A stretch of 64,000 nt of DNA, from positions 370,060 to 434,059 of the forward strand of contig CAVZDD010000003.1 of assembly GCA_963773945.1 (NCBI GenBank), read 5' to 3'. The stretch is from an uncultured Thermoplasmata archaeon. Its GTDB lineage: Archaea > Thermoplasmatota > Thermoplasmata > Lutacidiplasmatales > UBA184. Positions within the stretch are counted from its first letter, which is position 1, and each line of letters starts with the position of its first letter. The translations under genes were made by a program, and so were the position numbers. This document shows positions 47,863-57,076 of the stretch, one piece after another. The notes below the pieces were generated by a model. It made no database searches. It had not been told where the DNA came from and saw only the letters and a list, made by a program, of their open reading frames with translations.

Positions 47863-48182
47863 CGGACCTCCCGCTGGCGGGCTTCGTCGCCCTCTCGGCC
47901 GTCCTCCTCGGGGTGGGGATCTTCGGGATCCTCACGCGTCGCAACTTCATCCTGCTCCTGATCGCCATCGAAGTCGCGATGAACGCGGCGATCCTCAATT
48001 TCGTGGTCTTCGGGTCGTACTGGGGCGCGGTGCCGGGGTACGGCCTCGAGGGCCCGTCCGTCGCGGTCGTGCTCATCGGTCTCGCGGCCACCGAGGTCGC
48101 GGTGGGCCTGGCCATCGTCCTCGCGCTGAACCGCCTGCGGGGCTCCATCAACGTCGCGGAGGCGACGGTCCTCAAGCACTGA
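47859..48182 (+). CDS. nuoK: Complex-I-like subunit K
   Basis: GTGA overlap; ILLLIAIEVAMNAAILNFVVFG is the ND4L signature. Confidence 0.85.
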   Translation: MTDLPLAGFVALSAVLLGVGIFGILTRRNFILLLIAIEVAMNAAILNFVVFGSYWGAVPGYGLEGPSVAVVLIGLAATEVAVGLAIVLALNRLRGSINVAEATVLKH

Positions 48183-48192
48183 GGAGGGGAAC

Positions 48193-50202
48193 ATGACCGG
48201 ACCGCTCAACGCACTCTTTGGATGGGCATTCCTCGTTCCGCTTGCGCCGACGCTCGCCTTCGTGGTGGTGGGGCTCTTCGGCCGCCGGATGCAACGGCTC
48301 GAGTGGGGCGGCTGGGTGGCCGCCGGCGCGGCGTTTGTCGCGATGGTCCTCGGCGTCCTCATCGCCGTGGGCGAGATGCTGTCGCCGGGCACCTACTCGG
48401 ACCGAAGCTTTCAGTGGTTCACACTGGCCGGCAACGGCACGGGCGTGTTCCCGAACGGCTTCTCACTCGTGATGGGAACGCTGGTCGACCCGCTCTCGGC
48501 GATCATGCTGATCGTCGTGACGGTGGTGGGCTTTCTCGTGATGTTGTTCTCGATCGGCTACATGCACCGGGACTCGGGCCTCCCCCGGTACTACGCGGAA
48601 CTGTCACTCTTCCTCGCCTCGATGTTGGGCCTCGTCCTCGCGGACAATCTTCTTCAGTTCTTCTTGTTCTGGGAGCTCGTCGGCGTCTGCTCGTACTTCC
48701 TGATCGGATTCTACTACCAGCGACCCGCGGCGGCGAGCGCCGCCAAAGAGGCGTTCCTCGTCACCCGCATCGGGGACGTGCTGTTCCTGCTCGGGATTTT
48801 CATTTACTTTCAGCAATTCGCAACGGCCGGGCCCGCCCACGGATGGGCCGCAGCCGGCTTCCCGTTCGTCGTCCACAATGCCCCGTTCCTCGCGCTCGTC
48901 CCGGTGTCGAACCCGACCCTGTTCACCATCGCGGGATTGTTGATCCTCGGCGGAGCGGCGGGAAAGTCCGCCCAGTTCCCGCTGGACGTGTGGCTACCGG
49001 ACGCGATGGAGGGGCCCACGACCGTCAGCGCGCTGATCCACGCCGCCACGATGGTCGCGGCGGGAGTGTACCTCCTCGCCGTCACCTCCGTCTTCATCGG
49101 CTTCAGTTCGACGGACCAGTTTGCGATCGTCGCCATTGGCGGCTTCACCACGTTCTGGGCCGCATCGATGGCGATGGTGAATCGCGACATCAAGCGGGTC
49201 ATCGCCTACTCCACGGTCTCGCAGCTGGGCTACATGGTGCTCGCCGTCGGTGCCGGATTCACGATGGTGGGACTTTACCACCTGTTCACGCATGCATTCT
49301 TCAAAGCACTGCTGTTCCTCGCCGCCGGCGCCGTCATTCACGTCGTGGAGACCCAGGACCTGTTCAAGATGGGCGGGCTCCGCAAGACGATGCGGATCAC
49401 GTCGATCGGCTTCCTGATCGGCGGTCTCTCGCTCGCGGGCATCCCGCCCCTGGCCGGTTTCTTCAGCAAGGACGACGTGCTCGGGAGCGTCTTTTCGGCA
49501 GCCCAGACGCACCCATTGTACTGGCCGTTCCTGATCCTCGCCTACCTGACGGTGTTCATGACGGCCTACTACATTTTCCGGGTCTGGTTCCTCACCTTCT
49601 CGGGCGACGCCCCCCGCGACCCCTCGCTGCCCCACGGCCATGAGGCGCCGTGGACGATGACCGTCCCGATCGTGATCCTCTCCGCCCTGGCGGTCGTCGC
49701 GGGACTGCTCGCCTTCGTTCCCCAGTTCGGCGGGCTCTTCACCGCCGGCGTCGGATTCCCGGCGACCCCCGGCGTGCCGCCCACCTACACGACCACCGAC
49801 CTACTGCTGTCGGCCCTATCGGTCAGCCTCGGGGCCGGGGGGATCCTGACGGCCTACGTACTCTGGGGCAACGGCCGCGTGTTCACCCTCGCCGAAGACT
49901 CGGGCGCGCAGCCGGTCCGGAGACTTCTGCTCGAGCGCTATTACGTGAAGGCCGGCGTGGATTGGTTCGGACTCCGGGTCGTCTACGGCTTCTCTCGATT
50001 CCTGGACTTCGTGGACGAGTACATCATCGACGGAACGGTCCACGGGTTCGAGCGCCTGTTCTCGGAACTCTCGATCCGGATGCGGCGACTCCAGTCCGGC
50101 GTCGTGCTCGATTACGCCGCCTACGTGGTCGTCGGGCTCGTGATCTTCCTCGTGTTCCTCTACCTGATCGTCCCGGCATTCCCGGCACTCGGAGGGGGTT
50201 GA
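48193..50202 (+). CDS. nuoL: Complex-I-like antiporter subunit L
   Basis: 669 aa; ND5 family with a long C-terminal amphipathic extension. Confidence 0.9.
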   Translation: MTGPLNALFGWAFLVPLAPTLAFVVVGLFGRRMQRLEWGGWVAAGAAFVAMVLGVLIAVGEMLSPGTYSDRSFQWFTLAGNGTGVFPNGFSLVMGTLVDPLSAIMLIVVTVVGFLVMLFSIGYMHRDSGLPRYYAELSLFLASMLGLVLADNLLQFFLFWELVGVCSYFLIGFYYQRPAAASAAKEAFLVTRIGDVLFLLGIFIYFQQFATAGPAHGWAAAGFPFVVHNAPFLALVPVSNPTLFTIAGLLILGGAAGKSAQFPLDVWLPDAMEGPTTVSALIHAATMVAAGVYLLAVTSVFIGFSSTDQFAIVAIGGFTTFWAASMAMVNRDIKRVIAYSTVSQLGYMVLAVGAGFTMVGLYHLFTHAFFKALLFLAAGAVIHVVETQDLFKMGGLRKTMRITSIGFLIGGLSLAGIPPLAGFFSKDDVLGSVFSAAQTHPLYWPFLILAYLTVFMTAYYIFRVWFLTFSGDAPRDPSLPHGHEAPWTMTVPIVILSALAVVAGLLAFVPQFGGLFTAGVGFPATPGVPPTYTTTDLLLSALSVSLGAGGILTAYVLWGNGRVFTLAEDSGAQPVRRLLLERYYVKAGVDWFGLRVVYGFSRFLDFVDEYIIDGTVHGFERLFSELSIRMRRLQSGVVLDYAAYVVVGLVIFLVFLYLIVPAFPALGGG

Positions 50203-50205
50203 GCC

Positions 50206-51669
50206 ATGATCCCCATCCTGTCCCTGACCCTCGCGACGCTGTTCATCGGGACGGTAGTGACCTTCGCCGCCGGCACAAAGGCGCGGTACGTGGCCGCCGC
50301 GATTTCGGCCATCTTCCTCGCCGAGATCGCCCTCATGTTCCTCCAATTCTCCTGGCCAGCCGTCGCCGTGGCCCCGACCCACTTCGCGGAGTCGGAGACC
50401 TATCCCTGGATCTCGGTCGCCTGGCTCCACGTCAACTACACGGTCGGGATCGACGGCATCTCCCTCGTCCTGATCCTGCTCACCGGGATCCTCCAGGCGG
50501 TCACGGTCGCCTACTCCTGGAACGAGTCGAAGCAGCCCGGGGCCTGGTTCGGCCTGGTCCTGCTGACCTGCCTCGGCTGCTACGGCGTCTTCGTCGCGCT
50601 CGACGTCCTCCTGTTCTTCGTCTTCTGGGAGGTCGTGCTCGTCCCGATGTTCTTCCTCATCGGGTTCTGGGGAGGCCCCCGTCGGCGGTACGCGGCGCTC
50701 AAGTTCTTCATCTATACCCACGTCGCCTCGGTGACGATGCTGGTGGCCTTACTGGTCACCGCGTTCTACTCCCACAGCCCCTCGCTCGACTTCGCCAGCC
50801 TGGCGGGCTCGGCCCAGACGCTGGCCGTGCCGACCCAGATCGTTCTCTTCCTCTCCCTGTTCTTTGGGTTTGGCGTCAAGTTCCCAATCGTTCCGTTCCA
50901 CACGTGGTTGCCCGACGCCCACGTCGAAGCCCCGACGGGCGGCTCGGTGCTCCTCGCGGGCCTTCTCCTCAAACTGGGCGGCTACGGACTCATTCGTTGG
51001 GGACTCGAGATCCTGCCCACCGGCCTCGAGCACGTGGCGCCGATCCTCTACGCCGTCGCCTTCGCCTCCATCATCTGGGGCGCCGGGGTCTCCCTCGCGC
51101 AGCGGGACCTGAAGCGGCTGATCGCCTACTCGTCGATCAACCACATGGGGATCGTGCTCCTCGCGATCGCCCTGTACTCCTCGCTCGGTCTCTTGGCGGC
51201 GGTCCTCCTGATGTTCGCCCACGGGATCGTGAGCGCGCTCCTGTTCATGGTCTCGGGAAGTGTCCACCACACGTTCGGGAGCCGCGACCTGGCGTCGGTG
51301 AACGGCATCACGCCCACCGCCCCGACGCTCTCCACGATGACGATGGTGGGCGCGCTCGCGTCGTTGGGCCTGCCGGCGCTCATCAGCTTCCCGGCGGAGT
51401 TCACCGCCCTGCTGGCGACCTGGGACAAGCTCGGCTACTGGGTGCTGATCCCGCTGGGGGCCCTCGTCGTCACGGCCGCGTTCTACATCTGGATGATGCA
51501 GCGGCTGCTCTTCGGCCCACCGAAAGGCATTCCGGCGGGCGCCCACGACCTGCCGTACATGGAGGCGTTGGCGATGGGCGTGCTCGTCGCGCTCACGGTG
51601 CTCTACGGCATTCTGCCGAATCTGCTGATCCACTTCATCCAACTCTCACCGGTCGCGGGGTTGCCGTGA
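50206..51669 (+). CDS. nuoM: Complex-I-like antiporter subunit M
   Basis: ND4 family. Confidence 0.9.
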   Translation: MIPILSLTLATLFIGTVVTFAAGTKARYVAAAISAIFLAEIALMFLQFSWPAVAVAPTHFAESETYPWISVAWLHVNYTVGIDGISLVLILLTGILQAVTVAYSWNESKQPGAWFGLVLLTCLGCYGVFVALDVLLFFVFWEVVLVPMFFLIGFWGGPRRRYAALKFFIYTHVASVTMLVALLVTAFYSHSPSLDFASLAGSAQTLAVPTQIVLFLSLFFGFGVKFPIVPFHTWLPDAHVEAPTGGSVLLAGLLLKLGGYGLIRWGLEILPTGLEHVAPILYAVAFASIIWGAGVSLAQRDLKRLIAYSSINHMGIVLLAIALYSSLGLLAAVLLMFAHGIVSALLFMVSGSVHHTFGSRDLASVNGITPTAPTLSTMTMVGALASLGLPALISFPAEFTALLATWDKLGYWVLIPLGALVVTAAFYIWMMQRLLFGPPKGIPAGAHDLPYMEALAMGVLVALTVLYGILPNLLIHFIQLSPVAGLP

Positions 51670-51682
51670 GCGGAGGCGCCCG

Positions 51683-53314
51683 ATGACCGTCCTGCCATGG
51701 ACGGTCTTCATTCCGGAGCTGTTCCTCCTCGGCGCCGCGCTCCTGATCTTTCTCCTCGACTCGGCCGGGATCCGGCGGCTCGAGCTGTTCGGCGGCCTCG
51801 CGACGGTCGGTGTTGTCATCGCACTCGTCGGCGTCCTCGCGGATCTCCGTTTCGCGCCCCTCGCCGGCCTCGCCACCGTTCCAACCAGCGCAGTCGACGC
51901 GCCCTGGGGCACCCTCGGAGGGTCGCTCGTCGCGGTGACGAGCTTTGGGCTGATCTTTCAAGCGATCTTCCTGACGTCGGCGTTGCTCGTCGCGCTGGCT
52001 TCGCTGTCGCACCCGTCCGACGAGAGGGGCGCGGCGATCTTCTTCGGACTCCTGCTGTTCGCCACGCTGGGGATGACCCTCGCTGCGTTGTCGGCGGACC
52101 TGATCTTCCTCCTCCTGTCCATCGAGATCACCGGCATCTCGACCTACTTGCTGGTCGGGTACACCCGACGCGACCCCCGTGGGCTGGAGGCGGCGATGAA
52201 GATGTACATCATCGGCGCGTTGTCGGCGGCGCTCTCCTTCTTCGGCGCCTCGCTGCTGTACGCCGTGTACGGCACGACGAGCCTGGCGCACCTCGGGACC
52301 GCGATGGTCTTCGTCGGCCTCCCCCCCCCGCTCTTCGGCGAGACATCGATCGCCCTGTTGGGCTACGGCTTCCTGATCGTCGGAATTGGGTTCAAGGTCA
52401 CGGCGGTTCCGTTCCACGCATGGGCCGTCGACGTGTACGACGGCGCCCCCTCGGAGGTCTCCGCGTTCCTGGCCGGGGGCTCCAAGAAGGTCGGCTTGTT
52501 CGCCTACTTCCTGGTCTTCCTCGTCCCGATCCTCTTTGGGACAACGTTCTCGACCCCGCCCGTCCCGTGCCCCTACGGGCTCTGTCACGCCTTCGTGCCG
52601 AACTTCGGCGTGTCCCTCCAGGTCATCTTCGGCGTCATGGCCGTGGTGACGATGACCGTAGGGAATGTCCTCGCGCTGCAGCAGACGGAGATGAAACGGA
52701 TGCTCGCCTACTCGAGCATCTCCCAGGCGGGGTACATGCTGATCGGCCTCGCCGTAGCCACCTCGCCCGGGATCGCCGGGGCTGTCCTCTTGATCTTCGC
52801 CCACATCTTCATGAAAGCCGGCGCGTTCCTGATCGTCGCCGCCATCGCCGGCTTCGGAGTGGGCAGCCGGATCGAGGACTGGAAGGGCGTGGGCCTGCGG
52901 CACCCGCTGCTCGGAGGTTCGTTTGCCGCCATGCTCCTGTCGCTCGCCGGGATCCCGCTCACCGTCGGCTTCGTTGCGAAGTTCGTCCTCTTCTCGGCCG
53001 CCGTGCAGGCCCAAGGATGGTTCGTGTGGCTCGCCGTGGCCGGACTCCTCAACAGCGCCTTGTCGGTGTTCTACTACGCCCGGGTGCTTCGCGTCATGTA
53101 TATGGAGCGGCCCGACGCGACGGACGTACCCCTCCCGGCCGGCGCCGTGGTCGGAGGGTCAGGCCCGCCCGCCCTCCCCTTAGGCGGACTCGGCTACGGT
53201 CGGGCGGTGGCGATCGGCCTCGCGACGGCAGCGATCTTCGCCTTCGGGGTCTATCCCCAGTCGGTGCTCGGGCCCATCCAGCTGGCCGCCAACCACCTCA
53301 TCCAGATTCTATAA
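51683..53314 (+). CDS. nuoN: Complex-I-like antiporter subunit N
   Basis: ND2 family; last gene of the operon (no nuoE/F/G anywhere in the cluster). Confidence 0.9.
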   Translation: MTVLPWTVFIPELFLLGAALLIFLLDSAGIRRLELFGGLATVGVVIALVGVLADLRFAPLAGLATVPTSAVDAPWGTLGGSLVAVTSFGLIFQAIFLTSALLVALASLSHPSDERGAAIFFGLLLFATLGMTLAALSADLIFLLLSIEITGISTYLLVGYTRRDPRGLEAAMKMYIIGALSAALSFFGASLLYAVYGTTSLAHLGTAMVFVGLPPPLFGETSIALLGYGFLIVGIGFKVTAVPFHAWAVDVYDGAPSEVSAFLAGGSKKVGLFAYFLVFLVPILFGTTFSTPPVPCPYGLCHAFVPNFGVSLQVIFGVMAVVTMTVGNVLALQQTEMKRMLAYSSISQAGYMLIGLAVATSPGIAGAVLLIFAHIFMKAGAFLIVAAIAGFGVGSRIEDWKGVGLRHPLLGGSFAAMLLSLAGIPLTVGFVAKFVLFSAAVQAQGWFVWLAVAGLLNSALSVFYYARVLRVMYMERPDATDVPLPAGAVVGGSGPPALPLGGLGYGRAVAIGLATAAIFAFGVYPQSVLGPIQLAANHLIQIL

Positions 53315-53320
53315 GCCCGG

Positions 53321-54440
53321 GTGAACTGGCTAGCCGTGGAGCGTTTCGACGTTGTCGTCGTGGGAAGTGGACCGGCGGGTTCCACCGCCGCCCGCTTTGC
53401 CGCCCGGGGAGGCGCGCGCACGCTCCTCGTCGACCAGCGCTCCGAGCTGGGCCACCCCGTTCAGTGCGGAGAGTTCCTGCCCAGTGCCCGGGAGCTCTCG
53501 GACCTGTTCCCCTGTCCGGAGGTCATCGCCGAGGCCTTCGTGGTCCCCCCCGAGACCGGTACTCCAAGAGACGCGGGAGATGGTCTGCATCTCTCCCGGG
53601 GGTCGTCGCTTCCGGTTCCCCCTCGAAGGCTACGTGATCTCCCGCCGGGCCTACGACAAACGGCTCGCCCTCGACGCGGAAGGGGAGGGAGCCGAGCTCC
53701 GGTTCCCCCGGGGAGTAACCCGGGTGCGCGACCGGCTCGTCGAGTTCGCCGGCGGGGAACAGGTCGACGCGACGGTGATCGTGGGCGCCGACGGCCCGCT
53801 GTCGACCGTGGGGCGCAGCGTCGGCTTCACGCCCCCGCGAGAAATGTTCCGCATGATCACCGCCACGGTCGCCGGGGAGGGATCCCCCGATATCGAGCTC
53901 TACTTCGGCCGACTCGCCCCTGGAGGCTACGCGTGGCGGTTCCCCCGCGCCCATGACGCGAATGTCGGATTGGGTGTCTCTCAACTGCCGAACGGGCACC
54001 GACTCGACGGACTCTTGGAGGAATTCGTGGGACGGGAATCCTGGGGGCCGGCCTCGGACCGGACCCGCTGGTGGGTGCCCCTGGGTCCCCCGCCCGAGAG
54101 CGCCGTCCGGGGCCGGGCGATCTTTGCCGGGGATGCGGCCAACCTCGTGATGGCGACGAATGGAGGCGGCATCCCGACGGCGGTGCTCTCAGGACGGGAC
54201 GCCGGAGTGGCGGCGGCCCGTCATGTACGGGAGGGCGTTCCGCTCTCGGAGTACGACCGGCTTTGGCGCGCCCATTTGGCCGGGCCGCTCGCGCGAGGGT
54301 ACCGTGTTAAGCGATTTGCGGACCGATTCATTCAGAGCGACCTCCTCGTCGCGGGAGGGATGAGATATATCGGGGGCGCGGGTCTCGACGCGATGATGCG
54401 GCTTCGATGGCCTCCGCGTCTGGGATGGCTGAGCTCGTGA
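53321..54440 (+). CDS. Geranylgeranyl reductase (digeranylgeranylglycerophospholipid reductase family), frameshifted at a C7 run (~53544-53550)
   Basis: Frame 2: [20 protein letters not shown]...QCGEFLPS...AEAFVVPP. Frame 0: [36 protein letters not shown]...FAGDAANLV. Removing one C restores a single ORF. Confidence 0.8.
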
Positions 54441-55495
54441 CGAGCCCGGCCGACGCCAGCGTGGCCCACGAGGTTCCGCTCGAGGTCCTCGTCAGTCGGG
54501 CCTTTGGCGCGGAGGCGTTCTTCGAGCTCGGCGCCTTGCTCCCCGAACTCGCCGAGGACCTGAGCGGCATCGAGGAGCGGCTCAAGAGCGTCCTCCAGTC
54601 CGAGTATCCCCCCCTGACGGAAGCAGTGATCTACGCGTGCACCACCGGAGGCAAGCGGCTCCGGCCGCTGCTCATGGCCGCCGCGTTCCGGGCGTTGGGC
54701 GCCACCTCCACCAAGCCGGTGCACTCCCTCGCCGCCGCGTTCCAGCTGATCCACACCGCTTCGCTCATCCACGACGACGTGATCGACCACGCGGACCAGC
54801 GCCGCGGCCGGCCGTCCGTCCTTCGCGCCTTCGGTCTCCCCGCCGCGATCGTCGCCGGCGACTACCTCTACGTGCGGGCGTTCGAGCTCGCCTCGGAGTA
54901 TCCGCAGGCCATCATTCTCCGATGCGGAGAGGCCTGCGCGAACTTGGCCGAAGGCGAGATCCTCCAGGAGTCCGGTCGCTTCGACCTGACGATCAGCCGG
55001 GACGAGTACCTTCGGATCGTGACGCGCAAGACCGCCACCATTGTCTCGGCCGCGCTCGCGAGCGTGGGCGACATCGCCGGGTCGACGGCGCCGGTGGTCG
55101 AGGCGCTCGCCGCCTATGGACGGGCGGTGGGCATCGCGTTCCAGCTTCGCGACGACCTGCTCGATGCCTACGGGGAGCCCGATCTGCTTGGCAAGCCGCT
55201 CTACGCCGACTTCCGCGAGGGGAACCCCACCCTGCTGTCCATCGAGGCCTACCAGCACCTCGAGGGCAAGACGAAATTGGAGTACGAGCGACTGTTCGCC
55301 CGGCGCGAGAAGCGACCCCGTGAGCTCCTCAAGCTCCGCACCCTCACGGATCAAACCCCCGCGCCCGGGATCGTGGAAGCCGAGGGCCATCACTGGGCCG
55401 CCACGGCGATCCGCGCGCTCGACCCCGTGCCGATGGGGCCGTACCGCTCGCTGCTCGAGCGGCTGGCCCACGCCGCGACCACGCGCCGCTATTGA
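54407..55495 (+). CDS. Polyprenyl (geranylgeranyl) diphosphate synthase
   Basis: First Asp-rich motif LIHDDVIDHADQRRG and second motif FQLRDDLLD; overlaps the GGR 3' end. Confidence 0.85.
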   Translation: MASASGMAELVTSPADASVAHEVPLEVLVSRAFGAEAFFELGALLPELAEDLSGIEERLKSVLQSEYPPLTEAVIYACTTGGKRLRPLLMAAAFRALGATSTKPVHSLAAAFQLIHTASLIHDDVIDHADQRRGRPSVLRAFGLPAAIVAGDYLYVRAFELASEYPQAIILRCGEACANLAEGEILQESGRFDLTISRDEYLRIVTRKTATIVSAALASVGDIAGSTAPVVEALAAYGRAVGIAFQLRDDLLDAYGEPDLLGKPLYADFREGNPTLLSIEAYQHLEGKTKLEYERLFARREKRPRELLKLRTLTDQTPAPGIVEAEGHHWAATAIRALDPVPMGPYRSLLERLAHAATTRRY

Positions 55496-55568
55496 GCACA
55501 CCACTCGAACGAAACCTACTTGACAGGTTCACCGCCCTTTCGCCTTCGCACCGCGGTGCAGGGACCCG

Positions 55569-56042
55569 ATGGCACGTCAATTGGCGCGGCCCACCTCGGC
55601 CGCCGATTCCGACAACGACCCTTCGGGGTCGACCCGGGTCCAGCACCTGCCCCCGGTCTGGGAACGGCAACTCCCTCCGCCGAGCCTGCCGATCGGGGTG
55701 GCCATTCTCTCGATCATCACCGCCGCCGTCGGCGTGTTGCTGATCGTTTCCGGAATCCTCTTCGTGCTAACCTACTACGGCAGCCTCGTCATTCCGGCAT
55801 CGCTGGTCATCTTCCACGTCGGGGACCCGACCGGGGCGACGGTGCTCGTCGTCCTGGGGGTCGTGATCGCGCTGCTCTCCTCCGCCCTCTGGCACCAGGA
55901 ACTCTGGGCGTTCTACCTGATGGTCGGGTTCCTGTTCCTGGGCTTGGCCTATCTCTTCTTCACTGATTCGATCACGTACCTCTTCCTGATCGTCCTCGCG
56001 GTCTTCATCTACCTCATCGCGGTGCGCCACCACTTCTACTGA
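55569..56042 (+). CDS. Hypothetical four-TM membrane protein
   Basis: Hydrophilic N-terminus followed by four hydrophobic helices; stop overlaps the next start. Confidence 0.55.
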   Translation: MARQLARPTSAADSDNDPSGSTRVQHLPPVWERQLPPPSLPIGVAILSIITAAVGVLLIVSGILFVLTYYGSLVIPASLVIFHVGDPTGATVLVVLGVVIALLSSALWHQELWAFYLMVGFLFLGLAYLFFTDSITYLFLIVLAVFIYLIAVRHHFY

Positions 56043-57076
56043 TGCACGTACTGCTGGCGCAGCTGGCGCCTCGCCGGGGCGACCTGGCAACGAATCTGGG
56101 CCGGTTGACCGCCGTCGTCCAGGCGCACCCGGCCGACCTCTACGTCTTCCCAGAGCTGTTCCTTTTCGGATACGCCCCGGGGGACCGGGTCCACCGAATG
56201 GCCCTGGTCGCCGGAGACCCCTCGGTCGCGGCGATGGCCGCCCTCGCGATGGAACGCCACACCGGAATCCTCGTCGGAGGCCCCTGGAGGTCGGACGACC
56301 GACCGGGCGAAGTCCACAACGCCGCCCTCCTGTTGGCTCCGGATGGATCGGTCCAGGTTCAGGTCAAGCGGTACCTGCCGAACTTCGGCCCGTTCGAGGA
56401 AGCGACGATCTACACACCGACCGACACGAGCACTCCGCTGGCGTTGGGCCAGCACCGGTTGGGGGTTCAGATCTGCTATGATGCCTACTTCCCGGAGGTT
56501 TCCCGGGAACTGGCCCTTCGCGCCGCGGTGCTCCTGGTCGTTCTCTCCGCCGCTCCCGTCACGTCGAAGGGATTGTTCGAGAAGGTCCTTCCGGCGAGGG
56601 CGGTTGAGAACGCTTGTCCGCTTGTCTACGTCAACCGGGTCGGCGTGGAAGACGGGATTGTCTTTGGAGGCGGTTCTCGCGCGTGGGATTCGAGGGGAGA
56701 ACCCCTCCCCGCCGAATCCCTGGAACTGGCGGGGGGAACCCCAGAGGAGCGACTCGATTTGGTCGAGATCGACCTCGATGATGTGCCCCGATGGCGCCCC
56801 TTCCGGCCGGTGCTCCGGGACGTCGCGCGGGACCGCCAGAACGCCCCCGAGTACACCGCCGGGCACCTTTCACCATCGCGACTCCAACCGACCCGTTATA
56901 GCCCGGCAGGTACCGAAGCCCCGACCGATGGCACGGACCGCCACGCTCGCCGAGCAACTCGCGTCCAAGCAACGGGAGATATCGGTCGCGGAATTCTTCG
57001 AACGGAATCGCCAGATCCTCGGATTCGACAATACCCAACGGGCCCTGCTCACCGCGGTCAAGGAGTCGGTCGATAA
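56042..57076 (+). CDS. Carbon-nitrogen hydrolase (nitrilase superfamily)
   Basis: Catalytic triad context FPELFLFGY (Glu), [10 protein letters not shown] (Lys), [11 protein letters not shown] (Cys). The last ~50 codons are low-complexity and overlap top6B by ~150 nt; the true C-terminus may be earlier. Confidence 0.7.
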   Translation: MHVLLAQLAPRRGDLATNLGRLTAVVQAHPADLYVFPELFLFGYAPGDRVHRMALVAGDPSVAAMAALAMERHTGILVGGPWRSDDRPGEVHNAALLLAPDGSVQVQVKRYLPNFGPFEEATIYTPTDTSTPLALGQHRLGVQICYDAYFPEVSRELALRAAVLLVVLSAAPVTSKGLFEKVLPARAVENACPLVYVNRVGVEDGIVFGGGSRAWDSRGEPLPAESLELAGGTPEERLDLVEIDLDDVPRWRPFRPVLRDVARDRQNAPEYTAGHLSPSRLQPTRYSPAGTEAPTDGTDRHARRATRVQATGDIGRGILRTESPDPRIRQYPTGPAHRGQGVGR

